Source: Planctomycetota bacterium
GTDB lineage: Bacteria > Planctomycetota > UBA1135 > UBA2386
DNA length: 64,000 bases
Reading direction: 5' to 3'
Assembly: GCA_965223545.1 (NCBI GenBank)
Contig: OZ245006.1
Span: forward strand, 4,320,001-4,384,000
The notes under the pieces were generated by a model. It had not been told where the DNA came from and did not search any database. It was given only the letters and a program-made list of their open reading frames with translations. How positions within the stretch are numbered: position 1 is the stretch's first letter; every line of letters begins with the position of its first letter. The position numbers and the translations under genes were made by a program. This document shows, in pieces, positions 28,503-38,600 of the stretch.

Positions 28503-29299
28503 CGACCAGCGGTGGCCTGGCGGTGTCGGCGTTGTGGTGGCGCGAGATCCGGCGGTTCTTGCGCAGTCGCGCGCGGGTGTTCAGCTCGCTGGGCCAGCCG
28601 ATCCTGTTCTGGATCCTGCTCGCTGCGGCGCTGGGCAATGCCGAGTTCCGCGCCGGAGACCTCGACTTCTCGCAGACCAGCTACGGCGAGTTCTTCTTCG
28701 TCGGCGCGCTGACGATGATCGTGCTGTTCACCTCGATCTTCGCCACGATCACCGTCATCGAGGACCGTCTCACCGGGTTCCTGCAGGGAGTGTTGGTAGC
28801 GCCGGTGGCGCGCTGGGCGATCGCGCTCGGCAAAATCGGCGGTGGTGCCACGCTGGCGTTCGGCCAGGCATTGCTGTTCTTGTGCTTGGCGCCGATGGCC
28901 GGGGTTCCGCTGACCTTCGAAGGCGCGCTGCTGGCGGCGCTGGCGTTGGCGCTGTTGTCGTTCGCGCTCACCGGGCTCGGCTTCACGATCGCCTGGCTGA
29001 TGCAGAGCACTGCGGGTTATCACGGCATCATGATGGTCCTGCTGATGCCGATGTGGCTGCTGTCGGGATCGCTGTTCCCCGCGCAGGGCGCGCATCCCGT
29101 GCTGGCCGCGGTCATGACGCTCAACCCCATGAGCTACGGCCTGGCGGCCCTGCGCTACGCCCTGTACGGAGCGGAGGCAGGCGCCGCGCAGGGCTTGCCG
29201 CAGCCGGCGCTGGCCTGGGGGATCACCGCGGCGTTCGCGTTGATCATGTTTCTCGCCGGCGTCGCCGTCGTCCATCGCCGCTCCGTCCGAGACGCCTGA
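28499..29299 (+). CDS. ABC-2 type transporter permease
   Basis: WWREIRRF, IEDR..GFLQGVLVAP, LSGSLFP, LNPMSY. Confidence 0.9.
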   Translation: MTTSGGLAVSALWWREIRRFLRSRARVFSSLGQPILFWILLAAALGNAEFRAGDLDFSQTSYGEFFFVGALTMIVLFTSIFATITVIEDRLTGFLQGVLVAPVARWAIALGKIGGGATLAFGQALLFLCLAPMAGVPLTFEGALLAALALALLSFALTGLGFTIAWLMQSTAGYHGIMMVLLMPMWLLSGSLFPAQGAHPVLAAVMTLNPMSYGLAALRYALYGAEAGAAQGLPQPALAWGITAAFALIMFLAGVAVVHRRSVRDA

Positions 29300-29301
29300 C
29301 C

Positions 29302-29721
29302 GTGACCTACGCCAATCTCGCCGACCTCAACGCCATCCTCAACGGGATCGCCTTCACCCTGATCTGCGCCGGTTTGATCGCCATCAAGCGCGGCGACGAG
29401 CGCCGCCACGTGCGGCTGATGCTCGCCGCGGTCGGGGTCTCGACGTTGTTCTTGATCAGCTACCTGATCTACCACGCCGAGGTCGGGTCGGTGGCGTTCG
29501 AGGGGCAGGGAGCAGTGCGCTGGTTCTACTTCGCCCTGCTGATCTCGCACATCGTGCTGGCGGCGCTGCAGGTGCCGCTGATCATCGGCACCGTGATCCT
29601 CGGCCTGCGCGATCGGCGCGCCGCACACCGGCGTTGGGCGGTGATCACAGCTCCGGTTTGGCTCTACGTCTCGCTGACCGGCGTCATCGTCTACCTGATG
29701 CTGTACTGGCTGCCGGTGTAG
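29302..29721 (+). CDS. DUF420 family membrane protein
   Basis: LNAILN, FLISYLIYH, LISHIVLA, HRRWA..WLYVSLTGVIVYLMLY; in a cytochrome oxidase assembly cluster. Confidence 0.88.
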   Translation: MTYANLADLNAILNGIAFTLICAGLIAIKRGDERRHVRLMLAAVGVSTLFLISYLIYHAEVGSVAFEGQGAVRWFYFALLISHIVLAALQVPLIIGTVILGLRDRRAAHRRWAVITAPVWLYVSLTGVIVYLMLYWLPV

Positions 29722-29739
29722 CGCGGCGGTCGAAGCCGC

Positions 29740-31509
29740 CTACGGCTGCAGGCGGAGCTGCACGCTGCTGCTGGCGCAGGCGTGGCCCGCGCCGCCGTCG
29801 AGGGCCACCGCTTGCAGGTAGTAGCGGGCGTAGCGCAGAGCCGCGACGTTGGGGACGCGCAGCGGAAGGGCGATGGGTGCCGCCACGAACGGACCACTCA
29901 AGAGCGCGGCCAGCGAAGTCGGATCGAGCAACAAGCGGTTGCACAGTGGGTCCGGGTTGCCGAGCGGCAGCGGCAGGTTGGCTGGCAGCGCGGCGCCGGC
30001 CAGGACCCACGCATCGGCGGCCGTGGCGGCAAACGGCGGGGTGATCTCGACGGTCACGGTTTGGCCGAGCACCGGCGGCTGGAGCAGGCGCAGGCCGCGC
30101 TGGAGGCGCAGCGCCGCCAGCAGCTGCGCGGCGTCGGGCCGCAGGCCGATCGCCTGGCCCGGGCTCAGTGGGGTGCCCCAGCTGCGCAGTGCCGTCCGCA
30201 TCGCGCGGGGGTCGAGGGTCGCCGCGACGGCCGGCGGGAGCTGGGCCCGCGCGGCTGCGACCAGGCCGGTGGCCACCCCGGCCACCATCGCGCTGGCGGC
30301 CGATGTGCCGCCAAACGTCGCGGTGTAGGCCTGGCGCGGATCGTTGCCGGCGAGCAGCAGATCGCCGTAGCCCGTGGTGACCACCGAGAGGCCCCAGCCG
30401 TTGGTATCGACGCGCGCGCCGTGGCACGAGGTCGGTGCTCGGGTCGATGATCCCGCGTTCGTGCTGCCGACCAAAATGGCGCCCGAATCGCGGATGCTCG
30501 GATCGAAGCGACCGCCCAGCTGCGGGTCGCCGAGGTCGAAGCCGCCGTTGCCGGCCGGCTCGACCACGATGACACCGAGCGCCGTGGCGTTTTGGATCGC
30601 ATCGAACTCGGCCTGCTCCCACTCCACCGGCCCGAAGCCCAACGGCGTGTTGGTCTGTGCCTCGATCAACAGCACGTCCTGCGCGGACATCGCCGCCAGC
30701 GCGGTGACGATCGCGCCCGCCACGCTGTAGCCGCCCGGCAGGGCGGTCACCAGGCCGAGGTTGGCGTCGGGCACCAGACCGCTGACGCCGAACTCGTCGT
30801 TGTCCGCGGCGAGGATGCCCCCGACCGCGGTGCCGTGGTCTTCGCCGACCGCCGCGGCCGGCGGTGGACCGATCAGCGCACCGGGCCGCAGGGTGGCGCA
30901 GTCTTCGTGGTCGAGGCGCCAGCTGACCTCGATATCGACCACGCGCGCACCCCGCCCCATGCCGCCGGTCACCTGCTGCAGCGCGAACGCGTCGACCCCG
31001 GTCGGCGCGACCCCGCGCCAGCTCTGCTGGCCGACCAGGCTTGGCGTCACCGGCGCGAGGTCACCGGGTGATGGTGCGCGCCGCGCGGGCGCATACGCGG
31101 TCGCGACGCCGGGCGCATCGCGCAAGTCTGCCAGCAGCGCGACGACGTCGTTGGCGCCGCGGGTCGGCACCCGGAAGTACTGGCGCAAGTCCGCCGGCAT
31201 CGGCGCGCCCGCGGGCAGCGCCCGGCGGACCCGGTCGCGCAGGGTGGTCAGCGCATCCCGCAGGTTGGCGAAGTGGGGCTCGATGACCCGCCCGTGCAGG
31301 GCGGCGCGCGCGCGCACCAGCGCGTGGTCCGGGCTGGCCAGCGCGCCGTCGGGCGCGCGCCGGATCCGGATGCCGTCGTCGAACTTGACCAGCACGAAGT
31401 CCGTGCGCTGCCGTGCCGGATCGAGCCCCGACCCCGGCGCGTCCTGCGCCGACACACTCGCCGCCAACAGGGTGGTGGCGAGGGGTCCGAGCGCTGCGTT
31501 ACGGGTCAT
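29740..31509 (-). CDS. Secreted S8 (subtilisin-like) serine peptidase with the shared C-terminal domain
   Basis: Catalytic motifs VVDIE, HGTAVGG, GTSAAS; oxyanion PAGNG; signal peptide. Confidence 0.88.
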   Translation of the reverse strand: MTRNAALGPLATTLLAASVSAQDAPGSGLDPARQRTDFVLVKFDDGIRIRRAPDGALASPDHALVRARAALHGRVIEPHFANLRDALTTLRDRVRRALPAGAPMPADLRQYFRVPTRGANDVVALLADLRDAPGVATAYAPARRAPSPGDLAPVTPSLVGQQSWRGVAPTGVDAFALQQVTGGMGRGARVVDIEVSWRLDHEDCATLRPGALIGPPPAAAVGEDHGTAVGGILAADNDEFGVSGLVPDANLGLVTALPGGYSVAGAIVTALAAMSAQDVLLIEAQTNTPLGFGPVEWEQAEFDAIQNATALGVIVVEPAGNGGFDLGDPQLGGRFDPSIRDSGAILVGSTNAGSSTRAPTSCHGARVDTNGWGLSVVTTGYGDLLLAGNDPRQAYTATFGGTSAASAMVAGVATGLVAAARAQLPPAVAATLDPRAMRTALRSWGTPLSPGQAIGLRPDAAQLLAALRLQRGLRLLQPPVLGQTVTVEITPPFAATAADAWVLAGAALPANLPLPLGNPDPLCNRLLLDPTSLAALLSGPFVAAPIALPLRVPNVAALRYARYYLQAVALDGGAGHACASSSVQLRLQP

Positions 31510-31571
31510 GGCGGCGCGCCAGCGAGCATCCGGCGCTTCTAGGACATTGTATCCCCGGCGCGGACGGACGG

Positions 31572-32204
31572 TCACTCGCCCGCTTCTCGGCGCGGCGGCA
31601 GGGGCTGACGGCTGCTGCGCATGCCGAGTCCGCGGATGCGGTGGCGGCCGGGAGTGGCGGCGTGGCCGCGCATCCAGAGCGCCATCTCGCCGGTCTCGGT
31701 CGGGATCTCGAGATCGAACTCCGCGATCCCGCCGCCGGGTACTACGACGTCCACCTCCCGGACGGAGAACACCCCCTCGGTCTCGTAGCGCGCCTCGCGG
31801 AGCTGCAGCGGTGTGGCGCAGCGCGAGCGCAACTGGACGACGCACCGATCTCTGCCTGCAGCGCTCGGCGCCCGGTTCCGCACCTCGACCTCGAGCGGCG
31901 CGACCGCGGGCAGCTCCGGGTGCGCGTTGATCTCGATGGCGGACCACTCCCGCACGTCGATCGGTGCACTGTCCTCGGGGTTCAACACGACGCTGCAGCC
32001 GCCATCGGATTCGTTGGCGCGCTCGGCGGTCTCGAGCAGGAGCTGCGCCAAGAACCGGAGCGCCGAAGGCGTGCCCTCGATGCAGGCGTACGAGCGCTGC
32101 TGGGCTTCGATGCTTCGATCGACGCGCACCATCGCGGTGGCGGTGCGGAAGCGCAGGCTCGAGGGCGGCAGCTCTTTGAGAAGTGCGTTGGCGGACGTGG
32201 ACAT
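31572..32204 (-). CDS. Hypothetical protein
   Basis: 210-aa ATG ORF filling the gap between the S8 gene and rapA, protein-like composition. Confidence 0.55.
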   Translation of the reverse strand: MSTSANALLKELPPSSLRFRTATAMVRVDRSIEAQQRSYACIEGTPSALRFLAQLLLETAERANESDGGCSVVLNPEDSAPIDVREWSAIEINAHPELPAVAPLEVEVRNRAPSAAGRDRCVVQLRSRCATPLQLREARYETEGVFSVREVDVVVPGGGIAEFDLEIPTETGEMALWMRGHAATPGRHRIRGLGMRSSRQPLPPRREAGE

Positions 32205-32307
32205 GGGGGCACCGTGGCGAGGGAAATGCGAGGTCCCGGGAACGGACAGATACTAGGATGAGTCGCCTTGCATCGTCGCCCGCGATCGCGGCGACCGCCG
32301 CGACCTC

Positions 32308-35067
32308 GTGCACATCAAGAAGGGCCAACGCTGGCACAGTCTCACCGAGCCGGAGCTGGGTCTCGGCTTGGTGCTTGCCGCCGACCACCGCGAGGCCGTA
32401 GTGCGATACCCGGCGCGCGACGTCGAGCGGCGCTACGCGATCCCGGATGCGCCGCTGGCCCGCGCGCGGCTCAGCGTCGGCCAGCGCGTGCGGCGCGACG
32501 GCGGCGAGGGCTTCGTGATCGAAACGGTGGTCGAGGAGGGCGACCTGCTCTACTACGAGGGCGAGGGCCAGCGGCTGGCGGAGACCGACATCGACGCGGC
32601 GTTGGACGTGGCCACGCCCGAGAACCGGCTGCGCACCGGCCAGCTGGACGAACCGGCGCTGTTCGATCTGCGCGGCGCCGCGCTCGCGCTGCGGCACGCG
32701 ATGCTGAGCTCGCCCGCGCGCGGCTTCATCGGCGGCCGCATCCAGCTCTTCGAGCACCAGCTCTCGATCGCCCGCGATGTCTGTGACCGCCACCGCGTGC
32801 GGGTTCTGCTCGCCGACGAGGTCGGCCTGGGCAAGACCATCGAGGCCCTGCTGATCCTGCACCGGATGCTGCTCACCGGGCGCGTCGAGCGGGCTCTGGT
32901 ACTGGTGCCGCCGGCCCTCGTGCACCAGTGGCTGGCCGAGGCGTACCTGCGCTTCAACCTGATCCTGCGCGTCGTCGGGCGCGATACCTGGGCCGACACC
33001 GCGCCCGAGGCCGGCGCGACCGGCGAGGGACTCGACGTCTTGGCGACCGGCCAGCTGTTCGTGTGCCCTCTGGCCGGCGACATCGACGCGGCGCTGCGCG
33101 CGTCGGAATGGGATCTGGTGATCGTCGACGAGGCCCACCACCTCGAGCTCGACAGCGCCGAGTTCAGCCTGGTCGCCGAGCTCGCCGCGCGCGTCGATCA
33201 CTTGGTGATGCTGAGCGCGACCCCCGATCGCGACGGCGAAGAGGCCCACTTTCGGCGCTTGGCGTTGTTGGACCCGGTGCGCTTTACCGACCTCGAGCGG
33301 CAGCGGGCGGAGACGCGGGACTTCAGCGCGCTGGCGGACACCGCCGAGCGCTTGGCCGGCGATGCGCCGTTGACCGAAGCCGATCACGAGCTCCTGCGCG
33401 CGCGGTTGACCGGCGCCGATCGCGCGCCGCTGCTCGCGTCGGCGGCGACCGACGCGGCCGCGCGGCGCACGCTGCTCCGCCGTTTGCTCGACCTGCACGG
33501 TTTGGGGCGGGTCATGTTTCGCAACGTGCGCGCGCGCATTCCGGGCTTTCCGCAGCGAACCGTGCAGCCTGCGGTCCTGGAGGGGGATGTCGCGCGGATG
33601 CGGCGCGAGTTCTCGGCCGATCGCGGCTACGACACGCGCTACCGGTTGACCAAGATCGAGGCCGACCCCCGCGCGCGCTGGCTGCTGTCCTTCGTCGACG
33701 CGCATCCCGGCGAGAAGGTGCTGGTGCTGTGCACCGGCGTCGCCAAGGTGGAGGCCTTTGCCGGGGCGCTCGAGTCTCGCCAGCGGCCGATTGCCCGCTT
33801 CCACGAGAAGATGAGCGGCATCGAGCGCGATCGGCAGGCGGCGTGGTTCCTGGCCAATGACGGGCCGGTGCTGTTGATCAGTTCGGCGATTGGCGCCGAG
33901 GGCCGCAACTTCCAGGTCGCGCGGCACCTCGTGTTCCTGGATCTGCCCGAGCCCGCCGACCGCCTGGAGCAGTGGATTGGGCGCATCGATCGCATCGGCC
34001 AGGGCGACGAAGTGCGCCTCCACCCTCTGGTCGTGCGCGGCTCACCGCAGCACCGGTTGTGTCGGTGGCACGACGAGGCACTGTCGGTCTTCACACGACC
34101 TTGGCACGGTTCGCCGACCATCGACCGCGAGTTCGGCGACGACCTCACCGCGGCGTTGCTGGCCGACGACGACGCAGCCATCGACGCCTTGATCGAACGG
34201 GGGGCGGCGCGCAATCGCCAGATCCTGGCCGAGCTCGAAGCCGGCCGCGACCGGCTGTTGGAGCTGACTTCGTTCGACGCGGACGCGGCGCGGGCGCTGG
34301 CCGCGGCGATCGATCACGCCGAGGACAGCCGCCAGCTGCAGGAGTTCATGCTGGGGGCGTTCGAGGCCGGCGGCCTCGACCTCGAGCGCATCGGTCCGCG
34401 CAGCTACGCCGCGCGCGCCGGCGATGACTACCTGCGACCGTTCCCCGGCTTCATCGGCCAGGAGATGGCGTTCACCTTCGACCGCGCGGTCGGGCTGGAG
34501 CACCCCGAGCGCGTGCTCCTGACTTGGGATCACCCCATGGTGCGCGACACGGTCGACGAGATCCTCAGCCGCGAATCGGGCAATGCCAGCACGGGCGCGA
34601 TCGCCGGCGAGGCGCAGGGACTGTGGCTGGAGGCCCTGTTCGTGGTCGAGCCCACCGCCGCCCGCGAGCTGCGCGCCGACCGCTTCCTGCCACCGACTCC
34701 GGTGCGCGCCGCCGCCGACGCCACCGGTGCGCCTGTTGACCCGATCGCCGCCGGCACCACGCTGCGACCGATCGCGGCGGAGCTGCTCGAGAACGACGCC
34801 ATCCAGGAGCGCATCGCCGACATGGTGGCGGCCGCCCGCGCCCGCGCCGAGGCCGAGGTGCCGGCGATCACGCGCGAGGCGGTGGCGCGCATGCGCGCCG
34901 AGCTCGATCCGGTCGTCGCGCGCCTCGAGCAGCTGGCAGCGCACGAGTCGGAGGTCGCCCGCACCGAGCTGGCCGCCGCCCAGGCCGAGCGCGAGACCCT
35001 GACGGCGGCGCTGGCGACGGCACGCGTGCGGCTCGACGCGCTGCGGCTGGTGGTGTGCAGTGGCTGA
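32308..35067 (+). CDS. rapA: RNA polymerase-associated SNF2 helicase RapA/HepA
   Basis: GQRW.S.TEPELGLG N-terminus; LLADEVGLGKTIEA; VDEAHH; LSATP; GRVMFRN; IGAEGRNFQ; IGRIDRIGQ; LTWDHPMV. Confidence 0.92.
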   Translation: MHIKKGQRWHSLTEPELGLGLVLAADHREAVVRYPARDVERRYAIPDAPLARARLSVGQRVRRDGGEGFVIETVVEEGDLLYYEGEGQRLAETDIDAALDVATPENRLRTGQLDEPALFDLRGAALALRHAMLSSPARGFIGGRIQLFEHQLSIARDVCDRHRVRVLLADEVGLGKTIEALLILHRMLLTGRVERALVLVPPALVHQWLAEAYLRFNLILRVVGRDTWADTAPEAGATGEGLDVLATGQLFVCPLAGDIDAALRASEWDLVIVDEAHHLELDSAEFSLVAELAARVDHLVMLSATPDRDGEEAHFRRLALLDPVRFTDLERQRAETRDFSALADTAERLAGDAPLTEADHELLRARLTGADRAPLLASAATDAAARRTLLRRLLDLHGLGRVMFRNVRARIPGFPQRTVQPAVLEGDVARMRREFSADRGYDTRYRLTKIEADPRARWLLSFVDAHPGEKVLVLCTGVAKVEAFAGALESRQRPIARFHEKMSGIERDRQAAWFLANDGPVLLISSAIGAEGRNFQVARHLVFLDLPEPADRLEQWIGRIDRIGQGDEVRLHPLVVRGSPQHRLCRWHDEALSVFTRPWHGSPTIDREFGDDLTAALLADDDAAIDALIERGAARNRQILAELEAGRDRLLELTSFDADAARALAAAIDHAEDSRQLQEFMLGAFEAGGLDLERIGPRSYAARAGDDYLRPFPGFIGQEMAFTFDRAVGLEHPERVLLTWDHPMVRDTVDEILSRESGNASTGAIAGEAQGLWLEALFVVEPTAARELRADRFLPPTPVRAAADATGAPVDPIAAGTTLRPIAAELLENDAIQERIADMVAAARARAEAEVPAITREAVARMRAELDPVVARLEQLAAHESEVARTELAAAQAERETLTAALATARVRLDALRLVVCSG

Positions 35068-35070
35068 TCG

Positions 35071-35871
35071 GTGAGTGGTTCTCCAATGAGCCGCGGGAGG
35101 TTCCCGAAGTGTGCCGGTTCTCCGCTCGTCTATATCGGTAGCGGAGTGGTTGTCGCGGCCTGCGGTCTAGTCGCGCTCGTGCTGTTCGGGGTTGGAGACA
35201 GCGAAGGACTGGTGGACTGGGAGGCAGCGGTTGCTGCGGTGCCGCAAGAGACGGCGCTGCGCACCCAGCCAGGCGGCCATGTCTATGCCGAGCGGGTGCC
35301 GGTGCATGCGCGGAGCGCGAGGGCTTCGCCGGAGTCGGATCCGGCCACTGCAGACAGCACCTTCCCTTTCAAGATAGACCTCATGGGAAGAGTTGCGGGT
35401 CCTGAGGACTATCCGCGGTTCCACGTGTTCCAACACGGGAAGCATCCGAACGATCCGGGAATGGAACGTTCTGTCCGGCTGGGAGAGGTCACCCTGCTCC
35501 CGAGGGGAGACTACGTCGTTGTGTGCCGAAACCGGCGCGTTGCTACCGCGCTCGGCTGGGAGTCGCCGTCGCGGAAGGTGGTCGTCGACGGGCCAACCGA
35601 GTTGACGCTGCGTTCTTCCGAAGGAATGACGTATCTGGCGATCAGGGTAAAGGCTGGCTCGGGGGTGTATGAGGGGCCAGCGAGCTTCCGTTTCACGGAC
35701 GGTGTTGAACGCTGGAGGGTCGAGCACAAGGGTCTTCGAGAAGGCCACTTCGGCGCATGGCTCGCAAGGGATAGCCGGACGACCATAGTTGTTGAGATTC
35801 CGGGCCTTGGCCGCGCCGAAACAGCAGTTGAGCCAAGTAGGGTGCGTGCCGTCGAGGTCGTCGTGGAGTGA
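35071..35871 (+). CDS. Hypothetical membrane-anchored protein with atypical codon usage
   Basis: N-terminal TM segment, beta-rich remainder; more A/T-ending codons than its neighbours; start uncertain. Confidence 0.55.
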   Translation: MSGSPMSRGRFPKCAGSPLVYIGSGVVVAACGLVALVLFGVGDSEGLVDWEAAVAAVPQETALRTQPGGHVYAERVPVHARSARASPESDPATADSTFPFKIDLMGRVAGPEDYPRFHVFQHGKHPNDPGMERSVRLGEVTLLPRGDYVVVCRNRRVATALGWESPSRKVVVDGPTELTLRSSEGMTYLAIRVKAGSGVYEGPASFRFTDGVERWRVEHKGLREGHFGAWLARDSRTTIVVEIPGLGRAETAVEPSRVRAVEVVVE

Positions 35872-35886
35872 CCTGGCACGGGTGCG

Positions 35887-36717
35887 TCACCGCGTCGCTT
35901 CGAGGTGCACGATGTCGCGGCGCCGGTAGGAGCCCGCCTCGCCTCTGCGCGTCGAGATCTCGAGCACCAACGAACCCGGTGGTAGCACGCCGATGGCGAT
36001 CCTCAGCGGCGTGTCGGTGATCACCTGGGCGACCATCCCATCGGGCGCGATCTCGGTCACCCACGCGCGGATGCGGCCGTCGGGGTCGGCAGCCGTGACC
36101 CGATCCACGCGCAGGGTCCAGCCCGGAGTCGGCATCGGCACCGTGGTGTTGACGGCGAACTGCAGCGGGTGCGACTCCATCACTTCGATCGAGAGCGGTC
36201 CGACCCAATTGGCGGCGGCGCGCAGCGCAGTCGCCGCCTCGTCCGCGGCGGGAGCGCGCGGTTCTGGTGCTGTCGCGCCGGCCAAGAGAACGGTGAGCGG
36301 AACCTCCCACAGGACCCAGGCGTCCGTCAGGGTGTTGCCGGGCACTGCACCCTGCGTCAAGACGCGGCTGTGGAACGCGCGGCGCAGAGGCACTTTGGCG
36401 CGGTCCACCGCGTCGGCCACCGCCACGAGCTCCCGGCTGTCGGCCGGCACGGCCAAGCGGTCGGCAAGCAGCCGTACCAGCTGGTGTCTGGAGGGTTGTG
36501 CCGCTTGGGTCTGTGCGATCGGGGCACCGTTGGAGCGGCCGGTGGTGCAAAAACGCAAGAAGCCGGCGCGCTGCGGTGGATCGGCGCACCAGGCCGGCGC
36601 GTCGGCGACGGTCTCCCAGGGTGGCGGTTCCTGTGCACCGAGGTCGGCGGGCGGTTGCATCATCAAGGAGGCGGCGATGAGGAGGGTTGGCGTGGGGCCG
36701 GCGGACGAGATCGTCAT
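35887..36717 (-). CDS. Exported hypothetical protein with a PrcB C-terminal-like motif
   Basis: MPTPGWTLRVDRV...PDGMVAQVIT resembles the PrcB_C pattern; start uncertain. Confidence 0.55.
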   Translation of the reverse strand: MTISSAGPTPTLLIAASLMMQPPADLGAQEPPPWETVADAPAWCADPPQRAGFLRFCTTGRSNGAPIAQTQAAQPSRHQLVRLLADRLAVPADSRELVAVADAVDRAKVPLRRAFHSRVLTQGAVPGNTLTDAWVLWEVPLTVLLAGATAPEPRAPAADEAATALRAAANWVGPLSIEVMESHPLQFAVNTTVPMPTPGWTLRVDRVTAADPDGRIRAWVTEIAPDGMVAQVITDTPLRIAIGVLPPGSLVLEISTRRGEAGSYRRRDIVHLEATR

Positions 36718-36776
36718 CGAAGGGGGAACGAAAGGTGAGGGGCCGGGTTCCGGATTGGTGCGGCTGCGGCGCTACG

Positions 36777-38504
36777 ATGCGGCCAATGTTGCAGACCCTC
36801 AGCGTGCGGGACCTGGCGTTGGTGCGCGAGGCGGAAATCGAGCTCGGCGAGGGGCTCAACGTCATTTCCGGTGAGACCGGTGGTGGCAAGTCGCTGGTGA
36901 TCACCGCGCTCAAGCTGCTGCGCGGCGGCAAGGCGGCGCCGGGTCTGGTCCGCCATGGTGCCGACACGCTGCGCGTCGATGCCGAGTTCGCGCTCGGCAC
37001 CGGCGAGCGTTCGCTGGCCGTCGGGCGGCTTCTCGACGAGGAGTGCGGGTTGCCCGTCTCGCTCGACGACGACGGCATGCTGTTGGTGACCCGGATCGTC
37101 GACGCGCGGGGCCGCAGCAAGGTGCGCGTCAACGACCGGCCGACGACCCTCGCCACGCTGCGCACTCTGGGGGCGTGGCTGCTCGAGATCCACGGGCAAG
37201 GCGATGCGCGCGCGCTGATGCGCCCCGAGATCCAGGCCGAGACCCTGGACGCCTTTCTGGGGACCGGGGCATTGCGGCAGCGCTTTGCTCGAGCGCTGCG
37301 TGAAGCCCGGCGCTTGCGCGCGCAGTTGGCCGAGGCGACCAGCGGCCAGCGCGACCGTCTCGCCCGGGTCGAGTACCTGCGCTATCAGCTGGCCGAACTC
37401 GACGAGCTTGCGCTGCAACCGGGCGAGCTCGCCGCGATCGAGCAGGAGCAGCGAGTGCTGGGCAACCTCGACCATCTGCGGTCGCTGTTGGAGGGTGCTC
37501 TCGGCGCCCTGGACGAGGCCGAACCCAGCGCCGGCGATCAGTTGGCGAGCGCGCGGCGAGCCGTCGACGAAGCCGCGTCGATCGACGCGGATCTGAATGT
37601 CGCGGTCGAGGCGCTGGCCGACGCCGAGGTGCAAATCGCCGAGGCGGTGCGCGCGGTGCAATCGCGGATGGGCCGGCTCGAGTTGGATCCCGGTCGGCTG
37701 GCGGAGGTCGAAGAGCGGCTGGCCGCGTTGCGGCGGGGGCTGCAGCGCTTCGGCCCGACCGAGGCCGACTTGCTCGACAACGCGGAGCGCGCGCGCGATG
37801 AGCTCGGCGAGCTCGAGCGCGGCGAGCTCGCGCCCGAGGAGATGGCGGCGGAGGTGGCGCGTGCGACCGACAGCGCGGTGCGCCTCGCGCGCCAGCTGGT
37901 GCGCGCTCGAGCCAAAGGCGCGCCGCGGCTGGCCCGCGCCGTGGAAGCCGAGCTCGCCGATCTGGCGATGCCGAAGACCGAGTTCCGCGTCGCGATGTCG
38001 ACCGACGTCGATGCGGACGCACTGCTCGACCAGGCGACCGCGCACGGGCCGGGGCCGATCGATTTCGAGGTGCGGCTCAATCCCGGCGAGCCGTTTCACT
38101 CGATGCAGAAGACCGCCTCCGGCGGCGAGATGGCGCGCATCGTGCTGGCGATGAAGAAGTGCCTCGCCGATCAGGATCGGGTGCCGTTCTTGGTCTTCGA
38201 CGAGATCGACGCCGAGATCGGCGGCCGGCTGGGGCTGGCCGTCGGCGGCAAACTGCGCGACGTGGCGCGCCACCACCAGGTGCTGATCGTCACCCATCTG
38301 CCGCAGGTCGCCGCGTTCGCGCAGCGCCACTTTGCGGTGACCAAGATCGAGCGCGCCGGCCGCACGCTGTCGCAGATTCAGCCGCTCGACGGCGATGGGG
38401 TGGAGCGCGAGCTGGCGGCGATGGCGGTCGGCGAGGGTGCCGATGCCGCTGCCATCGCCGAGGCCCGGCGCTTGGTCGCGCGGACGCAAGAGGGCGGGGC
38501 GTAG
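36777..38504 (+). CDS. recN: DNA repair protein RecN
   Basis: GLNVISGETGGGKS, IHGQ, coiled coil, ASGGEMARI, FDEIDA, VTHLPQVAA. Confidence 0.95.
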   Translation: MRPMLQTLSVRDLALVREAEIELGEGLNVISGETGGGKSLVITALKLLRGGKAAPGLVRHGADTLRVDAEFALGTGERSLAVGRLLDEECGLPVSLDDDGMLLVTRIVDARGRSKVRVNDRPTTLATLRTLGAWLLEIHGQGDARALMRPEIQAETLDAFLGTGALRQRFARALREARRLRAQLAEATSGQRDRLARVEYLRYQLAELDELALQPGELAAIEQEQRVLGNLDHLRSLLEGALGALDEAEPSAGDQLASARRAVDEAASIDADLNVAVEALADAEVQIAEAVRAVQSRMGRLELDPGRLAEVEERLAALRRGLQRFGPTEADLLDNAERARDELGELERGELAPEEMAAEVARATDSAVRLARQLVRARAKGAPRLARAVEAELADLAMPKTEFRVAMSTDVDADALLDQATAHGPGPIDFEVRLNPGEPFHSMQKTASGGEMARIVLAMKKCLADQDRVPFLVFDEIDAEIGGRLGLAVGGKLRDVARHHQVLIVTHLPQVAAFAQRHFAVTKIERAGRTLSQIQPLDGDGVERELAAMAVGEGADAAAIAEARRLVARTQEGGA

Positions 38505-38600
38505 GGCTGGAAGGTCGGCGGCACGCCGGCGCAGTTCTGCACACGCCTGGCACGTTGTTTTGTCGATCGCTACAACGTGACTCTGACTCCGCCGAACACC

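Noticed and set aside
29164..29172. GTACGGAGC match to the REP-like motif
   Set aside because: Inside the permease coding sequence (LYGA) with no palindromic partner; likely chance.
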